The notes under the pieces are model-generated. The model did not search any database, was not told the origin of the DNA, and saw only the letters and a list, made by a program, of their open reading frames with translations. From the NCBI GenBank assembly GCA_964572155.1, contig CAZNDZ010000003.1, positions 74,224 through 138,223 of the forward strand: 64,000 bases of DNA, read 5' to 3'. Shown here one piece after another: positions 10,331 through 20,784 of the stretch. The translations under genes were made by a program, and so were the position numbers. Each line of letters begins with the position of its first letter. Position 1 is the stretch's first letter. This DNA comes from an uncultured Planctomycetales bacterium. Its GTDB lineage: Bacteria; Omnitrophota; Gorgyraeia; Zapsychrales; Fredricksoniimonadaceae.

Positions 10331-12871
10331 TTAAGCGCCTAAGATGTTACGTAGATTAGAGATAGGAGTAATGCGTTGGATGTAAAAATCAATGCCCGCA
10401 AAATCAGATGCTTTGATCTGATCAATCACGCGTTGATCAAACTGCATCACAACACCTTGACCTTGCTTCAAAATATTCAGTGAACCTGTATTAAAATCAA
10501 TACCGCCTGTTGTTTCGGGCGTATTCATGGCATAATTCACTGATTCACGTTGATAATACTCTTGAGCCTCAAAGTACGCACTATTCCCTTCAAATCTCTT
10601 TATCACATGCTTTCGTTGATCATAGAGATAAACATTCTGTTGATCAGCTCTAACAATCATATAACTGGCATGCAACCCAACAAGAAAATTTTTGACACTA
10701 TGCAACACCAAGAATGATGATATATCACTGACGATAAAAACAACCATTAAATCTTCATGATTAACCTTCGCAGGCACCTTGCTCTTAAGATCCGCGAAAC
10801 TGGTAGCAAGAACTGGCTCAACCCCATTGATCTTAAACTTCTCAAGATCCAAAACCCCTGCCCCATTTATCACAAAATTGATCACCCGCGAGATCTTTTG
10901 TTTAACGACTTGTGCAGCATCAACTGGCATAAATTGTTTTGCGGCTCTTAGAAAGCTGACATCAACTTCAAACGGAAATAGATTTGGATGAATCCCGTTT
11001 AATTCAGGATCATTGACGGGCCATCTATACAGCACAGGGATTTGTGGATATTTTGCGGCTAAATCTTTCAAAATTTTATGCCCACTACCTTCATGCTTAG
11101 GTTCATTGGGTAAAGTATTAATGACCAACGGCTCGTCAGTGAGAATAGCGTCAAATCTCATGTTGCGCAACTTGTTGTCGATGGTGCGATCATCAGAATA
11201 AATGACATCATATCCCTCTTTAATCAATATATCCATTTGTACCCTTGTATAAATACTCCCTTGTGAAACCAACAAAATGCGAGGCCTTAATAATGCTCGA
11301 ATATCTTTCTTTATTTCGGCTTTATTATATTCAAACCTGTCTCTATGAATAACCCGATCAAACCCTTCGTTCTCATCCCCTCCGAATAAGCCGCTAAAAT
11401 CCTCATCGTCTTTATCATGTATCAGCACAATATCACTATGTTCCCACCGTTGCCTTGCAAAAGCAGCTACCGCCTTACCATCGTCACCATCTTGACCCGT
11501 TATAACCATATCCACTAAAACTTTCTCCATCACCAATGTCTTTTTCATCGTTTCTGTCAACTCTGGGACAGCAATTGCCTTATATCCCCACTCTTGAATT
11601 TCTTTTTCAATGATGTTCAACAATCTTAAATCTGGCTCCACGATTAAAACCGTTCGCGCAACTTTTATTTTGGGTGATTGTTTATCGCGAAGATCTAAAT
11701 TCTCCTCTAAGCTCTTTACAAACGGTGATACCCCTGACAACTTTGAAAATACCGTCGCCATGGCAAAATTACCTGTTGGTTTTACATTATTTGAAGTTGT
11801 CTTATACGTCTGAATGACACCAGCCGCATTGATATTTAACCCGCCTGAGAAGTATTTTCTTGGGACCGGCTGATAAGTTTTAGGGTCGATGTCTTCTTTA
11901 ATAAAATTAAATACCCCCTTCTTATAGGCTTGTATGTAGCGCTTAAAAATGGCTTCTTTGTCTTTGGGATTATTCGCATTGATCGTCGCTGATACTTTAG
12001 ACTGGTTGCCATAGACTTGACTTATCAACGCATCTTTTAGACGCATCTTGTACCATGAGGCTAAGATCATGCTGTGATACATTTGGCGCAGCTGGGCGAA
12101 ATTCTTGCCCTCGTTGACTTCTTTTTCAATGGCAGGTAAAACAATTTGTTTGAGCGTTTGGGTGATCTCACTATTGACGAGTTTTGTTGTTAAGTTCTTC
12201 TTAGTTGCCAAATAATCTTGCTCTAACATCACCTTTAAATGTGCATTGGTGACAAACGCAGTGTCTTTTCCCTCGTATACATCCGCACGATCAGCCACAA
12301 TCCACACCTTATTAAAAGCATCCATGGTGATGGGCGACGCAGCACTTTGGGCGTTTACTTGATCATAAACCTTATCCCAAAATTCTTTCCCCAACCCTTT
12401 TTCAGGATAAATCATCGATGCTGTTAATTGTTTGAGTAGATAATCCTGCGCCAACATATCTTGGCCCATTTGGGTCTGCCCTAAATTTTTGGCTATCATC
12501 CGATCTTTTTCATATGGGCTTAAGTTAACCCATAAATCTTTTTCAGGGACAGTTAACGCGGATAGGAAATATTTAATGAGCTTATTGCTTTCATCTTTAA
12601 AAGCCGCACCATCAATGCTCAAGGTGCTATTGCCACTATCGATGATGAAATCAAACAAGAACGGATTATCAGGATGGACTTTTAAACCTTTGATCAAGAC
12701 AGGTTCAAATGCAGGACTTAAATTAACCATGACCCCTGGGACAGGCAATAAATCAACGCTTTGGGCATACACACGCACAGGCATCACGCATGAAGCCAAA
12801 AAGGCCATACTTATAAGGGAATTTAGTAGGCGATTCATGATCTTTGGTATGCGGTAAGAATACCACATCAA
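10331..12871 (-). CDS. large exported protein of unknown function: Sec signal peptide, ~400-aa novel N-domain, tandem CheY-like pseudo-receiver folds
   Basis: N-terminal n/h/c regions with a VYA-QS cleavage site. Two internal segments follow the receiver pattern (LIVEPD...GYKAIAV...VDMVITG and RILLVSQGS...GYDVIYSDD...FDAILTDEP), but their acidic pocket and phospho-acceptor residues are degenerate. Confidence 0.6.
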   Translation of the reverse strand: MMWYSYRIPKIMNRLLNSLISMAFLASCVMPVRVYAQSVDLLPVPGVMVNLSPAFEPVLIKGLKVHPDNPFLFDFIIDSGNSTLSIDGAAFKDESNKLIKYFLSALTVPEKDLWVNLSPYEKDRMIAKNLGQTQMGQDMLAQDYLLKQLTASMIYPEKGLGKEFWDKVYDQVNAQSAASPITMDAFNKVWIVADRADVYEGKDTAFVTNAHLKVMLEQDYLATKKNLTTKLVNSEITQTLKQIVLPAIEKEVNEGKNFAQLRQMYHSMILASWYKMRLKDALISQVYGNQSKVSATINANNPKDKEAIFKRYIQAYKKGVFNFIKEDIDPKTYQPVPRKYFSGGLNINAAGVIQTYKTTSNNVKPTGNFAMATVFSKLSGVSPFVKSLEENLDLRDKQSPKIKVARTVLIVEPDLRLLNIIEKEIQEWGYKAIAVPELTETMKKTLVMEKVLVDMVITGQDGDDGKAVAAFARQRWEHSDIVLIHDKDDEDFSGLFGGDENEGFDRVIHRDRFEYNKAEIKKDIRALLRPRILLVSQGSIYTRVQMDILIKEGYDVIYSDDRTIDNKLRNMRFDAILTDEPLVINTLPNEPKHEGSGHKILKDLAAKYPQIPVLYRWPVNDPELNGIHPNLFPFEVDVSFLRAAKQFMPVDAAQVVKQKISRVINFVINGAGVLDLEKFKINGVEPVLATSFADLKSKVPAKVNHEDLMVVFIVSDISSFLVLHSVKNFLVGLHASYMIVRADQQNVYLYDQRKHVIKRFEGNSAYFEAQEYYQRESVNYAMNTPETTGGIDFNTGSLNILKQGQGVVMQFDQRVIDQIKASDFAGIDFYIQRITPISNLRNILGA

Positions 12872-12886
12872 AGGGAAAAATCAAGC

Positions 12887-14083
12887 TTAGGAAGCAAGCG
12901 GGATAATGACCTCAACGTCAGCTTCATAATTAACGTCTTTGAGGTTAAAACCGAATAAACGTAGGAAATCATCGTTGTAGCCTGCAACATCACCAACGGC
13001 ATTGAGATTTTCATTGGCAACAATGTTCCACAACTTTGTCACTTCTTCTTGCACATCGTGACGCATTTCCCAGTCGTCGATACGGACGCGACCCTCAGGG
13101 TCTGTGGGGATTTGAGCAAATGGGCGGTTATTATATAAACGATCATGGAATAGTCGGAAAATTTGCTGGATGCAATTCTCGTGACAATCTTTAGCCTTCA
13201 TGACCTTCATAAGCAAGACAAAATATAACGGGATAAATGGGATCGCGGAACTTGATTGGGTCACAAGCGCTTTATTGACAGAAACCAAAGCCCTTCCGCC
13301 AACTTTCTTCATGCGTTCATCAAGCTTATGCGCGGTGGCCTCTAAATGATCTTTGGCTGCACCAATGGTGCCGTTGCGGTAAACCGGCGTAGTTACATCT
13401 GGCCCAATATAAGAATAAGCTACAGTAACTGCATTTGGAGCTAATAAATTTTGTGAAACAAGCGCATCAATCCACAATTCCCAATCTTCCCCACCCATAA
13501 CCTTGATCGTATGTGCAACTTCTTCTGCAGTCGCTGAATCAAGCGTTACGCTAGTCACTTGGTTCTTTTCAAAATCAATGCTCTTGTTGGTGTAGGGTAG
13601 ACCTTTAGGCTTTAAAACAGATTTAAATAATTCACCCGTTTTGGGATCTACACGACGTGGAGATGCTAAAGAATATATAACGCAGTCTACTTGTCCTAAA
13701 TCTTTTTTAATAAGGTCACAGACTTGCTGACGGATTTCATTGGAGAATGCATCGCCATTGATGCTCTTGGTGTACAGACCAGCTTTTTTAGCAGCTGTGT
13801 CAAATGCGGTGGAATTATACCAACCTGCCGTGGCTGTGCGTTTGCCATCGGATTCTTTTTCAAAGAAAACACCGATGGTGGCCGCCCCTGAACCAAATGC
13901 GGCGGTGATGCGCGAAGCTAAGCCATAACCGTTGGATGAACCAATAACCAAGACTTTCTTAGGGCCTCCTGCAATGGGTCCTTTAGACTTGATATAATCG
14001 ATTTGATCTTGCACATTTTTAGCGCATCCAATAGGATGCGCAGTTGTACAGATAAATCCACGTATTTTTGGTTGAACAATCAT
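12887..14083 (-). CDS. fabV: trans-2-enoyl-CoA / enoyl-ACP reductase FabV
   Basis: MIVQPKIRGFICTTAHPIGC...VLVIGSSNGYGLASRI...YSLASPRR is near-identical in pattern to characterised FabV/TER proteins. 398 aa. Confidence 0.85.
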   Translation of the reverse strand: MIVQPKIRGFICTTAHPIGCAKNVQDQIDYIKSKGPIAGGPKKVLVIGSSNGYGLASRITAAFGSGAATIGVFFEKESDGKRTATAGWYNSTAFDTAAKKAGLYTKSINGDAFSNEIRQQVCDLIKKDLGQVDCVIYSLASPRRVDPKTGELFKSVLKPKGLPYTNKSIDFEKNQVTSVTLDSATAEEVAHTIKVMGGEDWELWIDALVSQNLLAPNAVTVAYSYIGPDVTTPVYRNGTIGAAKDHLEATAHKLDERMKKVGGRALVSVNKALVTQSSSAIPFIPLYFVLLMKVMKAKDCHENCIQQIFRLFHDRLYNNRPFAQIPTDPEGRVRIDDWEMRHDVQEEVTKLWNIVANENLNAVGDVAGYNDDFLRLFGFNLKDVNYEADVEVIIPLAS

Positions 14084-14097
14084 AAGTGACTAAAATA

Positions 14098-15303
14098 TCA
14101 TAAAGAAGTTTTTTTGGCAACTATAACTATGCCTGATGCAGTTAACGCAAAACGTTTCATATCTGCTTCTCGGTCATACCCAATGCTTGTCCCATCAGGG
14201 ATTTCAACGCCTTTATCAATGATGGCATTCTGTATTTGTGCCCGTTTGCCAATTTGCACACTGTCCATGATCACAGAACTCTTTACCGACGCGCCATCTT
14301 TGACAACCACATTATTTGACACAACAGAGTTTTCAACTTGCGCACTTTCAATGACACAGCCGCTAGCTATCAAAGAATTGACAACTGTCCCAGGATATTT
14401 TCCCGTCGTGTAAGCACGAAGTGGTGGATAATGATGCTGGTGACTACGTAGTGGCCACGATTTATCATAAACATTAAATTTAGGATTAGCGCCCAACAGA
14501 TCCATGTTGGCTTGATAATAAGAATCGCGCGTCCCAATGTCGCGCCAATACCCACCCGACGGGTTTTGCTTTGCAAAATCATAAGCAAAGACTTTTAATT
14601 TCTTGGCAATCATTTGCGGAATGATGTTTTTACCAAAATCATGGTCGGAATCTTTTTTATCAGCATCTTTCTTTAGTTCCTTGGCTAACACATCAGCGTT
14701 AAAAATATAAATGCCCATGGAGGAATAAATTGAATTAGGATCCGACGGGATAACCTTAGGCACTTCTGGTTTCTCAGCAAAACCAAAAACTTTATTATCA
14801 TCATCCACCTCAACTACACCAAAATTAACCGATTCTGCTTTTGGCAAAGCTAAGCAGGCGACCGTCATATCCGCGCCTTTTTCAAGATGATAATCGATGA
14901 GTTTACGATAATCCATCTTATAAACGTGATCCCCTGCTAAGATCAAGACCAGCTTAGGGTTATAGTCCAAAATAATATTTAAGTTCTGAAAGATTGCATC
15001 CGCGGTGCCACGGTACCAGTCATTGGAGATGCGTTGTTGTGCAGGCACAACATCAATGAATTCACCCAACTGATTGGAGTAAATGTTCCAACCTTCGAGG
15101 ATGTGTTTTTGCAAAGAAAACGATTTGTATTGAGTTAATAAGAAAATCCGACGCAATCCAGAATTAACACAATTTGATAAGGCAAAATCAACGATGCGAA
15201 AAATGCCGCCAAAGGGCACAGCCGGTTTGGCCCTATCTCGCGTTAATGGATCCAAGCGTTCGCCTTTGCCGCCAGCTAAAATAAATGTTAACGTATCACG
15301 CAT
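14098..15303 (-). CDS. glgC: glucose-1-phosphate adenylyltransferase
   Basis: ILAGGKGERLDPLTRDRAKPAVPFGG N-terminal motif and a C-terminal left-handed beta-helix region. 401 aa. Confidence 0.9.
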   Translation of the reverse strand: MRDTLTFILAGGKGERLDPLTRDRAKPAVPFGGIFRIVDFALSNCVNSGLRRIFLLTQYKSFSLQKHILEGWNIYSNQLGEFIDVVPAQQRISNDWYRGTADAIFQNLNIILDYNPKLVLILAGDHVYKMDYRKLIDYHLEKGADMTVACLALPKAESVNFGVVEVDDDNKVFGFAEKPEVPKVIPSDPNSIYSSMGIYIFNADVLAKELKKDADKKDSDHDFGKNIIPQMIAKKLKVFAYDFAKQNPSGGYWRDIGTRDSYYQANMDLLGANPKFNVYDKSWPLRSHQHHYPPLRAYTTGKYPGTVVNSLIASGCVIESAQVENSVVSNNVVVKDGASVKSSVIMDSVQIGKRAQIQNAIIDKGVEIPDGTSIGYDREADMKRFALTASGIVIVAKKTSL

Positions 15304-15304
15304 G

Positions 15305-17323
15305 TCATTTCTTTTCTTTAGGTTTCAGTTTTTTTAGTCGAGCCATGATCTTTTTATCATTGGGGTTCTTCTTCAACAAGGCATCATAAATTTTTCGCGA
15401 CTCGTCTGGTTTACCAATCTTATCTAAGCTCCACGCTAAACCCATCATATTATGATAACTGGATGAGTACGATGCCGCAAGGCGGAAATTTTCATAGGCT
15501 AATTTGTATTTTTTTTGATGACCGTAAATATTGCCCAATAATCCATAAATTTCAACCGCTTCAGGCGCGATCTTTAAGGCTATTTTTAATTCTTTCAATG
15601 CCGGCCCATCTAATTTTACGGCCATCAAATATTTTGCCCTTGCTAAATATGTTAACGGCAAAATACGGCGCGTGCCCAAACGTACCAAGTCCATCGACGG
15701 TGGATTCCATTTCGTTAAATCAATCGCAAACCGATCAATGATGGGTTGATTTTGCGGCGTCTTCTTTAAGAACACCATGCCATCTTCATCAAAATAAACC
15801 AATTTCCAATCTTTTAAACCATAAAAAAGCTTGATGACTTTGGGATTAATGGTCTGTTTGGCCCCATTGAGTAAAGCTGCCGTTAAATTATAACGTTTGA
15901 TGGCATCATCTAGCGTGCGTCGATCACCATCCAACCAAATCTTGCGATAATATTCAAAGAAATTAGCACCATAAACTTCAGTACGTCCATCGATAAAAAC
16001 CTTCACCTGTGGGTGCATGCGACCAACCAGATATGCCCCGCTATTAAAATCATTAAAAACATTACCGCGAATCCCTTGAGCCAACATGAAATCAACAGCC
16101 CTGGTTGGATATGCGCGGGTGCTAACACCGCCGATTTCCGACTTGAATGTAAATGATGCATAATCAAAATAGCCACGATTAGAGAAGTCCGTTGCGGTGT
16201 TTAGAATCCAACAAATCAAGGCGATCTTCACTAAAATTGAAGTAATATATTCAAATTTCTTAGCTGTAAAATACAACGGCACGATGTCTTTTACAACGAT
16301 GGACATGCTATTGACCATGATGACCAAATATGCGGCACATGCAAAAAAGACCATATTGCGTATGGCAATCAATGAGAACACTAGAAATAAAACCCAAACA
16401 AAGAACACGCTAATATCTATCTTGCGACGATTAAAAAAGAATGTGAACGCAGACATCAAGATCAACAATTTATAATGAACATTTTCAAGAAGCTCTCCCA
16501 TAAAATCTTTGGTGAAGGGTGGTTGCAGCTCAGAGATATATTTAAAGAATATTTTTGTATCTGATGCCGAGTGAAATAAGACCTGCACAGGATATAGCGC
16601 TCCTTGTACCCCATACGGATTGATAAAACATACCCCTGTGACCACCAGGAACAATATGCCTAAATTTCTATATTCGTTGTCGCTTAATCTACCCACCTGA
16701 TTCCATTGATATGGTAGCGGGCAATGGCGTTTGATGGTTTCAGCGATCAATGCAATTAAAATCAAGACAGGTCCTATAAAGAAATAGCCATGCATATTCG
16801 CCCACAATGTCTGAATGACTGCTAAAACAATAATGCTCCGCTTTTTATCCAGATGAAACGCCAAGATCCCCATATAAATCACAAAGAACAACAAGCTAAA
16901 TAAATCTGGTCTTAAGGTAAAACGACTTTGATAAACCAACATAACCAACAGCAATGTATAGACACCCAAAAGTATCCTATCCCGTCGATATGTCATCAAA
17001 AACAATAATAGCATTGTGCCGCAAACTAGGATGGACTGCGTGGTGAGCAAACCTTCAAAACCTGTGAAACGATGTATGTAATGGAAAATAAGCTGAAAAA
17101 GCCACTCGTGATTATTCCACGGTTTCCCAGCAAGAGTACAGGAAAGGACATCGGTGTGCGGTACGGTTTGATGCTCAGCGATATATTGGCCGCTTTTTAA
17201 GTGCAACCAAATATCTAAATCACGGATCTCTAATTTCGTGGCAAAGGCCGCCAAGCCCATCAAAACAGCCAACGCCATTAAGCCGGTGATATGACTTAAT
17301 TTACTCCAAAATGAATCACTCAT
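15305..17323 (-). CDS. polytopic membrane protein with C-terminal TPR repeats (GT-C-like / TMTC-PMT-like architecture; function unknown)
   Basis: About 11 predicted TM helices in the first ~430 aa. An early loop carries an RDLDIW acidic motif. The C-terminal ~200 aa has TPR-like repeats (AKYLMAVKLDG..., YENFRLAASY...). Confidence 0.55.
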   Translation of the reverse strand: MSDSFWSKLSHITGLMALAVLMGLAAFATKLEIRDLDIWLHLKSGQYIAEHQTVPHTDVLSCTLAGKPWNNHEWLFQLIFHYIHRFTGFEGLLTTQSILVCGTMLLLFLMTYRRDRILLGVYTLLLVMLVYQSRFTLRPDLFSLLFFVIYMGILAFHLDKKRSIIVLAVIQTLWANMHGYFFIGPVLILIALIAETIKRHCPLPYQWNQVGRLSDNEYRNLGILFLVVTGVCFINPYGVQGALYPVQVLFHSASDTKIFFKYISELQPPFTKDFMGELLENVHYKLLILMSAFTFFFNRRKIDISVFFVWVLFLVFSLIAIRNMVFFACAAYLVIMVNSMSIVVKDIVPLYFTAKKFEYITSILVKIALICWILNTATDFSNRGYFDYASFTFKSEIGGVSTRAYPTRAVDFMLAQGIRGNVFNDFNSGAYLVGRMHPQVKVFIDGRTEVYGANFFEYYRKIWLDGDRRTLDDAIKRYNLTAALLNGAKQTINPKVIKLFYGLKDWKLVYFDEDGMVFLKKTPQNQPIIDRFAIDLTKWNPPSMDLVRLGTRRILPLTYLARAKYLMAVKLDGPALKELKIALKIAPEAVEIYGLLGNIYGHQKKYKLAYENFRLAASYSSSYHNMMGLAWSLDKIGKPDESRKIYDALLKKNPNDKKIMARLKKLKPKEKK

Positions 17324-17327
17324 GCCA

Positions 17328-18035
17328 TTAACACCTATAGGTTAATGCTGCACTAACCAATGATTGTGTGTATTCTTGCTTAGGTTGTTTTAACACGTGC
17401 GACGCAAGACCTTGCTCAACAATTTGACCTTGGCGCATCACCGCTATTGTATCAGCAAAGGTGGCAACCACACGCAGATTGTGAGAAATAAAAACATATG
17501 ACAACCCAAATTGATGCTTAATGGTTCTTAACACGTCTAGGATTTGTTGCTGCACCAAAACATCTAGGCTCGCCGTGATTTCATCTAATATCAATACTTT
17601 TGGTTTTGCTAATAGGGCTCTGGCGATGGCTATGCGTTGACGTTGTCCGCCGCTAAACTCATGCGGGAAACGCAACAGCATGCTTGGCTCCAAGCCCACG
17701 GCTTGTAGGATTTCTTCGATGCGTTTTTGACGCTCTACTTTTGAAACATCTTTCTGCAAATAAAAAGCTTCGCCTAAGATGCGCTGCAGTGTAAACAATG
17801 GATCCAAACTACTATTGGGATCTTGAAAAACCATTTGAATCGGTGCATGTGCAATGACGCGGCCTTGATCGGCTTTTAACAATCCTGCCAAAATTTTCGC
17901 CACTGTTGTTTTTCCACAACCCGACTCGCCAACAATGGCTAGCGTCTCACCTTGGGTTAAAGCGAAACTAATATCATCGACCGCTTTTAACGTGCCATAT
18001 GATTTCAATAGATTTTTTACGTCGACAATGATCAT
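17328..18035 (-). CDS. ABC transporter ATP-binding protein (OppF/DppF-like)
   Basis: Walker A GESGCGKTT, signature LSGGQRQRIAIARAL and Walker B ILDE. Confidence 0.85.
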   Translation of the reverse strand: MIIVDVKNLLKSYGTLKAVDDISFALTQGETLAIVGESGCGKTTVAKILAGLLKADQGRVIAHAPIQMVFQDPNSSLDPLFTLQRILGEAFYLQKDVSKVERQKRIEEILQAVGLEPSMLLRFPHEFSGGQRQRIAIARALLAKPKVLILDEITASLDVLVQQQILDVLRTIKHQFGLSYVFISHNLRVVATFADTIAVMRQGQIVEQGLASHVLKQPKQEYTQSLVSAALTYRC

Positions 18036-18769
18036 TAGTAAGCCTTTAATAGTGCTTGTGTATACGCATCTTTGGGATGATTTAATAAATCTGCGGCCGG
18101 TGCTAATTCAACAATCTTGCCCCTGTTCATAACGGCCGCTGTATCTGCTAAATATCCAATCAACCCTAGATCATGGGTGATAAATAACATCGTCATGCCA
18201 TGCTCTTTGTTTAATTTCTTCAACAATGCAATGACCTTAGCCTGAATGGTCACATCCAAGCTGCTGGTTGGTTCGTCTGCAATCACCAATTGCGGCCCGC
18301 AAATGATGGCTTGGGCGATCATGGCGCGCTGACGCAAACCCCCACTTAGCTCATGTGGATAACTGCGCATGATGCGCTTGGGATCATCCATCTCAACATC
18401 CGATAACACCGATAATATTTTATCCCGTCGTTGAGCAGCATTAAGTGACGTGTGACACCCAAGTGTTTCATCTAATTGCGCGCCAATAGTAAACAGTGGA
18501 TCAAAGGCCGAAAGCGGTTCTTGAAAAATCATGCCAATGTCTTGCCCACGTTTTAATGTTTTGCCGTACGTATCAATCTTTCCCGACGTGATTTTCATAG
18601 CGGTTGGCAATAAATCAAGGATAGCTAACCCTAAGGTTGTCTTACCACTCCCTGAGCCGCCCACCACCCCTAAAATTTTTCCTTGAGGAATATCTAACGA
18701 CACATCATCTAAAATAACTGTCGACCCAACATGTATCGATAAATCTTTAATGGATATGATATTAGGCAT
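18035..18769 (-). CDS. ABC transporter ATP-binding protein (OppD/DppD-like)
   Basis: GGSGSGKTT, LSGGLRQRAMIAQA, IADEPTSSLD. Confidence 0.85.
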   Translation of the reverse strand: MPNIISIKDLSIHVGSTVILDDVSLDIPQGKILGVVGGSGSGKTTLGLAILDLLPTAMKITSGKIDTYGKTLKRGQDIGMIFQEPLSAFDPLFTIGAQLDETLGCHTSLNAAQRRDKILSVLSDVEMDDPKRIMRSYPHELSGGLRQRAMIAQAIICGPQLVIADEPTSSLDVTIQAKVIALLKKLNKEHGMTMLFITHDLGLIGYLADTAAVMNRGKIVELAPAADLLNHPKDAYTQALLKAY

Positions 18770-18773
18770 AGGT

Positions 18774-19814
18774 TTATTTAACCTCCTTGATCATCATCGG
18801 ATCAAGCGCATCACGCAAGGCATCCCCCACTACATTAAAACAAACAATGGTGATAAAAATGATCAAGCCTGGGATTAATATCCAAGGGGCAAAGGCTATG
18901 GGTACAATGGCCATGGCATCCGACAATAGATTTCCCCAACTTGGAATAGGATCCTGAATACCAAGGCCGATCAAGCTTAAACCAGATTCAGATAAAATAT
19001 AACTGGGGATGGCCAACATCATGGCAACCAGCGAATAGGAAATGGTGTGCGGTAAAATATGTCGAATGATGATCACGATGTCCGGCACACCTAAAAGTTT
19101 TGCGGCTGCCACATAGTCTCGGCCTTTTAAACTTAGCGCCATGCCTCGAATAACCCGCGCCAAGGATGCCCAGCCAAGCAATGCTAAAATAACGACAATC
19201 ATGATATACACTTGAAGGGAACTAAAATTCTCAGGAACCGCACTGCGCAATGCCAATAGCAAATAAAATCCAGGGATGAGCATGAACATTTCACAAACAC
19301 GCATGAGCATGGCATCCATCCACCCGCCAAAATATCCCGCAATGCCACCGATGATAAGCCCCAAACTAAACGATATAAAAACACCCAACAAACCAATCGA
19401 CAAAGAAATCCGCGCACCATAAATGATACGGGATAATAAGTCACGGCCGCGGCTATCTGCACCCAGAATATATAATCGACCTGGGCTCTCCACTGAAATT
19501 AACTTTCCGTTTTTAAAGAATTGTAGTGGATATTTTTGTGTGGGATCAACGACATAAATGCGTCGATGGTTTTCATCAAAAGTAAAATGTCGGCCATATA
19601 CAAACGGCATGACAATTGATTTTCCGTCGTGAACTTCAATGGGTGTTGGCGGACAATAGGACATCATGCGGTTCTCATCATCAAAACGATATGGCGCCAC
19701 CCATGGCGCAAGTATAGCCAAGGCATAAAAGCACAATAGGATGCGAAGGCACCAAACAGCTCCTTTGCGCTTTGAAAATGCATTGATAACCATGGCCCAT
19801 TGGCTATTGATCAT
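18774..19814 (-). CDS. ABC peptide/nickel transporter permease (OppC/DppC-like)
   Basis: Binding-protein-dependent transport EAA-like loop and 6 TM helices. Overlaps the upstream permease by 11 nt. Confidence 0.8.
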   Translation of the reverse strand: MINSQWAMVINAFSKRKGAVWCLRILLCFYALAILAPWVAPYRFDDENRMMSYCPPTPIEVHDGKSIVMPFVYGRHFTFDENHRRIYVVDPTQKYPLQFFKNGKLISVESPGRLYILGADSRGRDLLSRIIYGARISLSIGLLGVFISFSLGLIIGGIAGYFGGWMDAMLMRVCEMFMLIPGFYLLLALRSAVPENFSSLQVYIMIVVILALLGWASLARVIRGMALSLKGRDYVAAAKLLGVPDIVIIIRHILPHTISYSLVAMMLAIPSYILSESGLSLIGLGIQDPIPSWGNLLSDAMAIVPIAFAPWILIPGLIIFITIVCFNVVGDALRDALDPMMIKEVK

Positions 19815-20784
19815 GAATACCTTTTGACTTAATGCGTGGATCTAATTTTAATAATAAATAATCTGCTAATAAATTTCCGACCAACAATAAGACGCCGCCC
19901 ATGAGCATGCTCGCCATGACCACATAAACATCCTTGGAACGCACCGCGGTTAGCATGAGCGTGCCTAAGCCCGGCCATGAACATACAATCTCAACTAAGG
20001 CAGCGCCACTTAACAGCGACGCAAATTCATACCCTAATAATGTCACCATGGGGTTAAAGGCATTACGCAGGGCATGGACATAAATGATGCGACCTTCAGG
20101 CAAACCCTTAGCACGCAAAGCTAAAATATATTGCTGTTTTAATTGGGCGAGCATGCTGCCGCGCATGAAACGCTGTAAATATCCAATCGACGCCAACGAC
20201 AAGACAACGGTTGGTATCACCAAATGTTTGGCTAAATCAACCACCTTCATCCACCACGATAAATCATCATAATTGGCTGCATGCATGCCGCCGAGTGGTA
20301 AACCACCCCATTGGCTAAAGCCATAGAGCAAAAGCATGGCTAAGAAAAATGCAGGCACTGAAAAGGCAGCAAAAGCGAACATATTAAGCGCTTTATCAAC
20401 GACTTTCCCATGTCGCAACGCAGCCCATATGCCTAAAGGAATCGCCACCCCCCACGTTAATAAGAAACTGGCAAAAGCTAAGATAAACGTATTCCATAGA
20501 CGAGAACCAATGACATCCACAACAGGTACATTGTAATAAAACGAATATCCAAACTCACCGCGCAACACATTAAACAACCAATGTCCGTATTGCACAAACA
20601 CGGGATCTTTCAAATGGTACATGTCTTCGTAATGACGGATGGTCTCAGGCGAAATTTGAGGGTTTAATTTTAAACTGTCAAAAAAATTCCCTGGGGTTGC
20701 ATGCATAAGCCAGAAAGTGACAAAGCTCATGACGAGCAACAATAATAATGAAATCCCTGCACGTTTGATTAAATGGGTGTTCAT
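19804..20784 (-). CDS. ABC peptide/nickel transporter permease (OppB/DppB-like)
   Basis: Typical OppB N-terminus and polytopic topology. Confidence 0.8.
   Translation of the reverse strand: MNTHLIKRAGISLLLLLVMSFVTFWLMHATPGNFFDSLKLNPQISPETIRHYEDMYHLKDPVFVQYGHWLFNVLRGEFGYSFYYNVPVVDVIGSRLWNTFILAFASFLLTWGVAIPLGIWAALRHGKVVDKALNMFAFAAFSVPAFFLAMLLLYGFSQWGGLPLGGMHAANYDDLSWWMKVVDLAKHLVIPTVVLSLASIGYLQRFMRGSMLAQLKQQYILALRAKGLPEGRIIYVHALRNAFNPMVTLLGYEFASLLSGAALVEIVCSWPGLGTLMLTAVRSKDVYVVMASMLMGGVLLLVGNLLADYLLLKLDPRIKSKGIHDQ

Noticed and set aside
10331-12871. Considered annotating the 846-aa protein as a two-component response regulator.
   Set aside because: Cleavable signal peptide, no DNA-binding or output domain, and degenerate phospho-acceptor and acidic-pocket residues. 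Treated as an exported pseudo-receiver protein of unknown function instead.
14098-15303. glgC present without adjacent glgA/glgB/glgP.
   Set aside because: Glycogen genes are often dispersed, so this is not informative within a single window.
19199-19462. 87-aa minus-strand ORF inside the OppC-like permease gene; similar nested same-strand ORFs at 50146..50469, 54033..54239, 38263..38475, 31245..31487 and 59881..60105.
   Set aside because: Alternate-frame ORFs nested in longer conserved CDSs, with Cys/Arg-rich translations typical of out-of-frame reads. No independent start signals.
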